From: Nitrospinota bacterium
GTDB taxonomy: Bacteria; UBA8248
Direction: 5' to 3'
Assembly: GCA_030754595.1 (NCBI GenBank)
Contig: JASLZZ010000067.1
Span: 1 to 13,168 of the forward strand
DNA: 13,168 nt
Made by a program: the position numbers and the translations under genes. The notes beneath the pieces are model-generated. The model searched no databases. It was not told where the DNA came from and saw only the letters and a program-made list of their open reading frames with translations. Positions 7,709 to 13,168 of the stretch are shown here, one piece after another; positions within the stretch are counted from its first letter, which is position 1; the number at the start of each line of letters is the position of its first letter.

Positions 7709-7915
7709 GCCGGCCCCGCCGGGGAGGGGAGGAGGGGAGGGATCTGCGTTATTTAGCCCTGGAACCCGGTGATGGCGGAGGTCGTTCCGAATGGAACGAA
7801 GGGGCTTCGGTTGGGGCCTTTCCATGGCCGGGGTGTGTGAATTTCCTGCGGCGGGCGCGAAATTCCCGGCAATTCCCGCCGGACCTATTTCGGATGATCG
7901 ATATTTTCTCCCTAT
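7709..7915. repeat. ~200-bp structured intergenic element, copy 2
   Basis: Direct repeat of 6657-6858, offset about 1.05 kb. Differences cluster in loops and in the G-rich end. Confidence 0.92.
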
Positions 7916-7922
7916 GCGCTCG

Positions 7923-7999
7923 GGCTACCCTCCCGGGAATATCCCCCCCCTCCCCTCGGCTATCTTCTCCGGGCTACTTTCCCCGGGCTATCTTCCCCT
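7923..7999. repeat. 14-bp tandem units overlapping the enoyl-CoA hydratase stop codon
   Basis: GGCTATCTTCTCCG (7958-7971), GGCTACTTTCCCCG (7972-7985), GGCTATCTTCCCCT (7986-7999), plus GGCTACCCTCCCGG (7923-7936). Confidence 0.75.
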
Positions 8000-8764
8000 A
8001 AATTCGGGCCTTCGCTTTTCGAGGAAGGCCGAGGTCCCCTCGCCCTTGTCGTCGGTGGTCATGAGGCAGCTCTGGGCGAAGCGCTCGACGAGCATGGCGG
8101 CCTCCTGGCCGCCCTTGACGCCGGCGTTCATCGTCATCTTGGCGAGGCGGACGGCTAGCGGGCCCTTTTCGAGGATTCGCCCGGCCATCTCTCGGGCCGC
8201 CGCCATGAGCTCCTCGTGGGGTACGACCTTGTTGACGAGGCCAATCCGCTCGGCCTCGCGGGCGTCGATGATGTCTCCCGTTAAAATCAACTCTTTCGCC
8301 TTGCCCAGGCCCACCAGGTTGATCAGGCGCTGGGTGCCCCCCGCGCCTGGCATGATGCCCAGGTTCACCTCGGGTTGGCCCAGTTTGGCCCGGTCGCTGG
8401 CGATGCGGATATCGCAGGCCATCGAGAGCTCGCAGCCCCCGCCCAGGGCGAATCCGTTGATGGCGGCGATGATGGGCTTTTCGATGTCCTCGATTTTCGC
8501 GAGGTGGCGCTGGGGCGGCGCGGCGAGACCGTCCAGGAGGGAGCGCTCCCTGATCTGGCGGATGTCGGAGCCGGAGGCGAAGGACTTATCGCCCGCCCCG
8601 GTGATGATGATGACGCCCACCTCCTCGTCCGCCTCGAAGGAGGCCATCGCTTCAATGATCTCGCCGTAGGTGTGGGGATCGATTGCGTTTCGGACCTCCT
8701 CGCGGTTGATGGTGATGAGGCCGATGCCCCCCGATTTTTCGGCGATTACGTTTTCGTAGGTCAC
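7988..8764 (-). CDS. Enoyl-CoA hydratase/crotonase family protein
   Basis: INREEVRNAI, FASGSDI, AAINGFALGGGCELSMACDIR and GQPEVNLGIMPGAGGTQRL, with both catalytic Glu present. Start set to GTG 8764 (GGAGG 8 nt upstream), giving 258 aa. Confidence 0.93.
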   Translation of the reverse strand: MTYENVIAEKSGGIGLITINREEVRNAIDPHTYGEIIEAMASFEADEEVGVIIITGAGDKSFASGSDIRQIRERSLLDGLAAPPQRHLAKIEDIEKPIIAAINGFALGGGCELSMACDIRIASDRAKLGQPEVNLGIMPGAGGTQRLINLVGLGKAKELILTGDIIDAREAERIGLVNKVVPHEELMAAAREMAGRILEKGPLAVRLAKMTMNAGVKGGQEAAMLVERFAQSCLMTTDDKGEGTSAFLEKRRPEFRGR

Positions 8765-8791
8765 GGCGCTGCCCTCCGAGAGTGGATTTCG

Positions 8792-8823
8792 AGGCGGCCC
8801 TCCGGAGCCGCTTTTTATTTTTT
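8792..8823 (+). terminator. Hairpin plus T-tract, rho-independent terminator-like
   Basis: AGGCGGC (8792-8798) / GCCGCTT (8807-8813), followed by a near-continuous T run to 8823. Confidence 0.45.
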
Positions 8824-8829
8824 GAATGA

Positions 8830-8921
8830 AGGGGAAGATAGCCCATGAGGCAGAGAAGATCACCTGGGGAGGGTATCCTGGGGATATAGGCGAAAATTCC
8901 GATCATCCGAAATAGATCTGG
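8830..8921. repeat. Third, partial, inverted copy of the intergenic element end
   Basis: AGGGGAAGATAGCCC (8830-8844) is the exact reverse complement of 7985-7999. CGATCATCCGAAATAG (8900-8915) is the exact reverse complement of 7885-7900 and 6828-6843. Confidence 0.85.
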
Positions 8922-8975
8922 GACGATAATATAAATAATAAAACGACTGGACGGTCTGCGCTCCCTATCTAAGGG

Positions 8976-9234
8976 CCGGATGAGTTCCATTAAGATGGGT
9001 AAACCATCCTTCCTGACAGTGGGTGAACCTCCATTTGGAGAGGTAAACCATCCTTCCTGACTACGGTTGAGCTTCCATGAAGGCGGGAAATCCATCCTTT
9101 CTGACGATGAGGGGCCACCCGTGGGCAAGAAAGCCATTCACGCCGGCGGTTGTTGGGCACCCGTGGGGCGGGTAAACCATCCTTCCTGGCCCCGGTTGAG
9201 CTTCCTTGAAGGAGGGAAAGCCATTGACCCCGGT
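8976..9234. repeat. Degenerate tandem array, six units of 42-44 bp
   Basis: 20-nt cores related to GGTAAACCATCCTTCCTGAC start at 8998, 9042, 9086, 9128, 9171 and 9215 (spacings 44, 44, 42, 43, 44). Confidence 0.85.
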
Positions 9235-9474
9235 GGTGGCGAGCTGCCGGGGCGCGGGCGTAGGGCTCCCCCTGGGGGGCTTGAGTCCCCGCCGCCCCAG
9301 TGCCGGTGGGCATATTACCTGGGCGCCGGTGAGGAATAATGAAGAATTACGTGTATCAATGGGGCCGGAAGCATTTTCGCCGGCGGGGCAGGGGGGCTTC
9401 ACTTCCCTCCCCGGGGCCCCCGATACCGGCCTTTTGCCCTTTGAATAAGGTTTTCCGGGAGAAGGCGCATCTTG

Positions 9475-9501
9475 TTAGCACTTGAACCAGGTTAGTGCTA
9501 A
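9475..9501 (+). promoter_or_regulatory. CIRCE element (HrcA operator)
   Basis: TTAGCACTT-GAACCAGGT-TAGTGCTAA versus consensus TTAGCACTC-N9-GAGTGCTAA (8/9 in each arm), upstream of groES. Confidence 0.92.
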
Positions 9502-9507
9502 AGCTTG

Positions 9508-9536
9508 TTGACAATCCCCGGCCCATTGTCTATAAG
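9508..9536 (+). promoter_or_regulatory. Sigma70-type promoter of groESL
   Basis: TTGACA (9508-9513), 17 nt, TATAAG (9531-9536), 6 bp downstream of CIRCE. Confidence 0.65.
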
Positions 9537-9649
9537 ACATCGCCTGGAGAGCTAAAAAAAACATGAGTGATAAAGACTCATATTTATCTTCATTTCAAAG
9601 GCGGCCCAAACCCTTTGGTCCGCCGAAACCCAGAGGAGAGATAAACGAA

Positions 9650-11628
<1,979 letters not shown>

Positions 11629-11657
11629 TTTAACAAAAATTATTTTAAGTATATTTT

Positions 11658-11682
11658 AGAGCCGCTATATGCGGCTCTTTTT
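11658..11682 (+). terminator. Rho-independent terminator downstream of groEL
   Basis: AGAGCCGC-TATAT-GCGGCTCT, a perfect 8-bp stem followed by TTTT. Confidence 0.8.
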
Positions 11683-11683
11683 A

Positions 11684-12220
11684 TTAAATTAAACTATCAA
11701 TTTTATTAGTTATTTTCTTGCTATTAGGTTTAGTCATTGATGACCAGGAATCTACTAAATGTCCATTTCTATCAAATAAAAACTTATAAAAGTTCCATTT
11801 TGGTTTTCTGTTATATTCGTCATTAATCCATTTATAAATAGAATGCGCATCTCCCCCTTTAACGTTCATAGGACTTGATGTGATAAAACTGACACTATAA
11901 TTTGCAAGACATATTTTTTTAATTTCTTCTGTTGACGAATATTCTTGGTTAAAAGAATTTGAAGTTGTAGCTATGATTGTTAGATCTGTTTTTCTATATT
12001 TAGTAAATAACTTTTGAAGTCCTTCATATTGTGGCGTGAAACCGCAACGAGAAGCTGTGTTAACTAAAAGCAACGGTTTTCCTTGAAATACTGACAGATC
12101 AACAGATCCGCCATCAATATCTATTAAGCTATGATTGTAAATTGTTGTATTTTCAGCATTCATCGCATTATTGAAAAGTATTAAAATTGTAAAAATTAAA
12201 ATTTTTTTTACTTTTTTCAT
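11684..12220 (-). CDS. Cys-type glutathione peroxidase family protein (BtuE/Gpx-like) with a likely signal peptide
   Basis: VNTASRCGFTPQYEGLQ, SNSFNQE and KWNFYKFL. Lys-rich then hydrophobic N-terminus. Confidence 0.92.
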   Translation of the reverse strand: MKKVKKILIFTILILFNNAMNAENTTIYNHSLIDIDGGSVDLSVFQGKPLLLVNTASRCGFTPQYEGLQKLFTKYRKTDLTIIATTSNSFNQEYSSTEEIKKICLANYSVSFITSSPMNVKGGDAHSIYKWINDEYNRKPKWNFYKFLFDRNGHLVDSWSSMTKPNSKKITNKIDSLI

Positions 12221-12253
12221 GATAAAACACTTTTTTAATTTAAAGAAGTATAA

Positions 12254-13168
12254 ATGTCATCGATAAATTCATTTTTCGAACTTTTTTTAGATGTGTGGAA
12301 CCAGGGGATTTTTGGTCTTAACGCATCTGAAATTTTAATTGGTTTTTTAATTTTTCTTTTTTTTTATGTTTTAAGAAGTTTTTTTGCACGCTTTATTATA
12401 CGCCGTTTACATAATATTGTTAAAAAAACTTCAATAAAAACAGATGATATAATTGTTAAAGTTATTGAAGGTCCATTAAAATTTTTACCTGTTGTCATAG
12501 GCTTCTTTTTAGCAACAACATACATACGAATAAATCCAGAATTAATGGATTTTATAGAAAATGTTAACAGAACATTAATAACAATTTTTATTTTTTGGTT
12601 GTTGCATCAATTAATTGTTCCTTTTTCTTTTTTAATTAAAAATTTTGAAGCAAAGCTTACAACAGCGTTAGTTGATTGGACACTTAAGGGTCTAAAGATC
12701 ATAGTTATTGTATTAGCTATTGTTGCGATTTTAGAATTATGGGGCATTAAGGTCGGACCTGTAATAGCAGGTCTGGGTTTATTTGGCGTTGCTGTGGCTC
12801 TTGGCGCTCAAGATTTATTTAAAAACCTTATATCAGGAATAATGATATTGACGGAAAGACGTTTTATGATTGGTGACATCATAAATGTAGATGGCGTAGG
12901 CATAGGCACTGTTGAACAAATTGGGTTTAGGTCAACACTGATTAGACAATTTGATACAAACCTTGTTGTGATTCCAAATTTTAAATTTGCTGAACAATCC
13001 GTTACTAATTATTCTCGCAGGGAGAAGAGAAGGATCAGATGGATAATTGGTTTGGAATACCGTACTACAGTTGAGCAGTTAAAAAATATTCGAAACCAGA
13101 TTAAAAAATTTATTGATACAGATGAGAGCTTTGCCAATGATGGAAGCAGTTATTTTCAAACAGGTTAT
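12254..13168 (+). CDS. MscS-family small-conductance mechanosensitive channel, 3'-truncated by the window edge (absent from the ORF track)
   Basis: Hand translation gives an open frame of 305 codons from ATG 12254 (MSSINSFFELFLDVWNQGIFG...). Several TM helices, then IAGLGLFGVAVALGAQDLFKNLISG, FMIGDII, GTVEQIGFRSTLIR, VVIPN and NYSRR. Confidence 0.93.
   Translation, partial: MSSINSFFELFLDVWNQGIFGLNASEILIGFLIFLFFYVLRSFFARFIIRRLHNIVKKTSIKTDDIIVKVIEGPLKFLPVVIGFFLATTYIRINPELMDFIENVNRTLITIFIFWLLHQLIVPFSFLIKNFEAKLTTALVDWTLKGLKIIVIVLAIVAILELWGIKVGPVIAGLGLFGVAVALGAQDLFKNLISGIMILTERRFMIGDIINVDGVGIGTVEQIGFRSTLIRQFDTNLVVIPNFKFAEQSVTNYSRREKRRIRWIIGLEYRTTVEQLKNIRNQIKKFIDTDESFANDGSSYFQTGY

Noticed and set aside
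6528..7825. Paralogous-looking peptides MERPQPK...HHRVPGLNN in ORFs 6528..6815 and 7235..7825
   Set aside because: The similarity comes from the duplicated DNA element. Differences are largely non-synonymous, there is no RBS, and the ORFs diverge outside the repeat.
7709..7915. Known riboswitch or 6S RNA identity for the duplicated element
   Set aside because: Only a weak GGGTTCCAGGG resemblance to a 6S motif. I could not match c-di-AMP, cobalamin, TPP, SAM or glycine consensus by eye.
8765..8863. N-terminal extension of the enoyl-CoA hydratase given in the ORF track
   Set aside because: It runs through the hairpin and repeat. GTG 8764 has an RBS and gives a typical crotonase length.
8998..9234. 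Bona fide CRISPR array
   Set aside because: The cores are only 20 nt and degenerate, the spacers are homologous to one another, and no cas genes are in the window. Kept as a repeat finding instead.
8652..9448. Several overlapping short ORFs with repeated RKDGLP/GRMVYP peptides
   Set aside because: They are translations of the 44-bp array in shifting frames; the period is incompatible with one coding frame.
9563..9649. 29-aa N-terminal extension of GroES given in the ORF track
   Set aside because: A strong RBS precedes ATG 9650 and GroES homology begins there.

Overview
Bases 1-11628 are GC-rich bacterial DNA. They carry a 5'-truncated M23 peptidase; a minus-strand trio (amidohydrolase/DUF6282-like protein, D-2-hydroxyacid dehydrogenase, atypical M24-fold hydrolase); a decayed tRNA-fMet fragment; an alkyl-DHAP-synthase-like FAD oxidoreductase; a DUF350 gene with a Gly/Arg/Phe-rich membrane protein gene; an enoyl-CoA hydratase; and a CIRCE-controlled groES-groEL operon. 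Right after the groEL stop the sequence turns very AT-rich (glutathione peroxidase and a 3'-truncated MscS channel), which suggests a chimeric join or a foreign segment. The most unusual signals are non-coding. A ~200-bp structured element occurs as direct repeats around the DUF350 cassette, and a third partial copy forms an inverted repeat around the enoyl-CoA hydratase gene. A six-unit ~44-bp degenerate array follows an AT-rich tract upstream of groESL. All calls come from reading the sequence and recalled family motifs; no searches were run.
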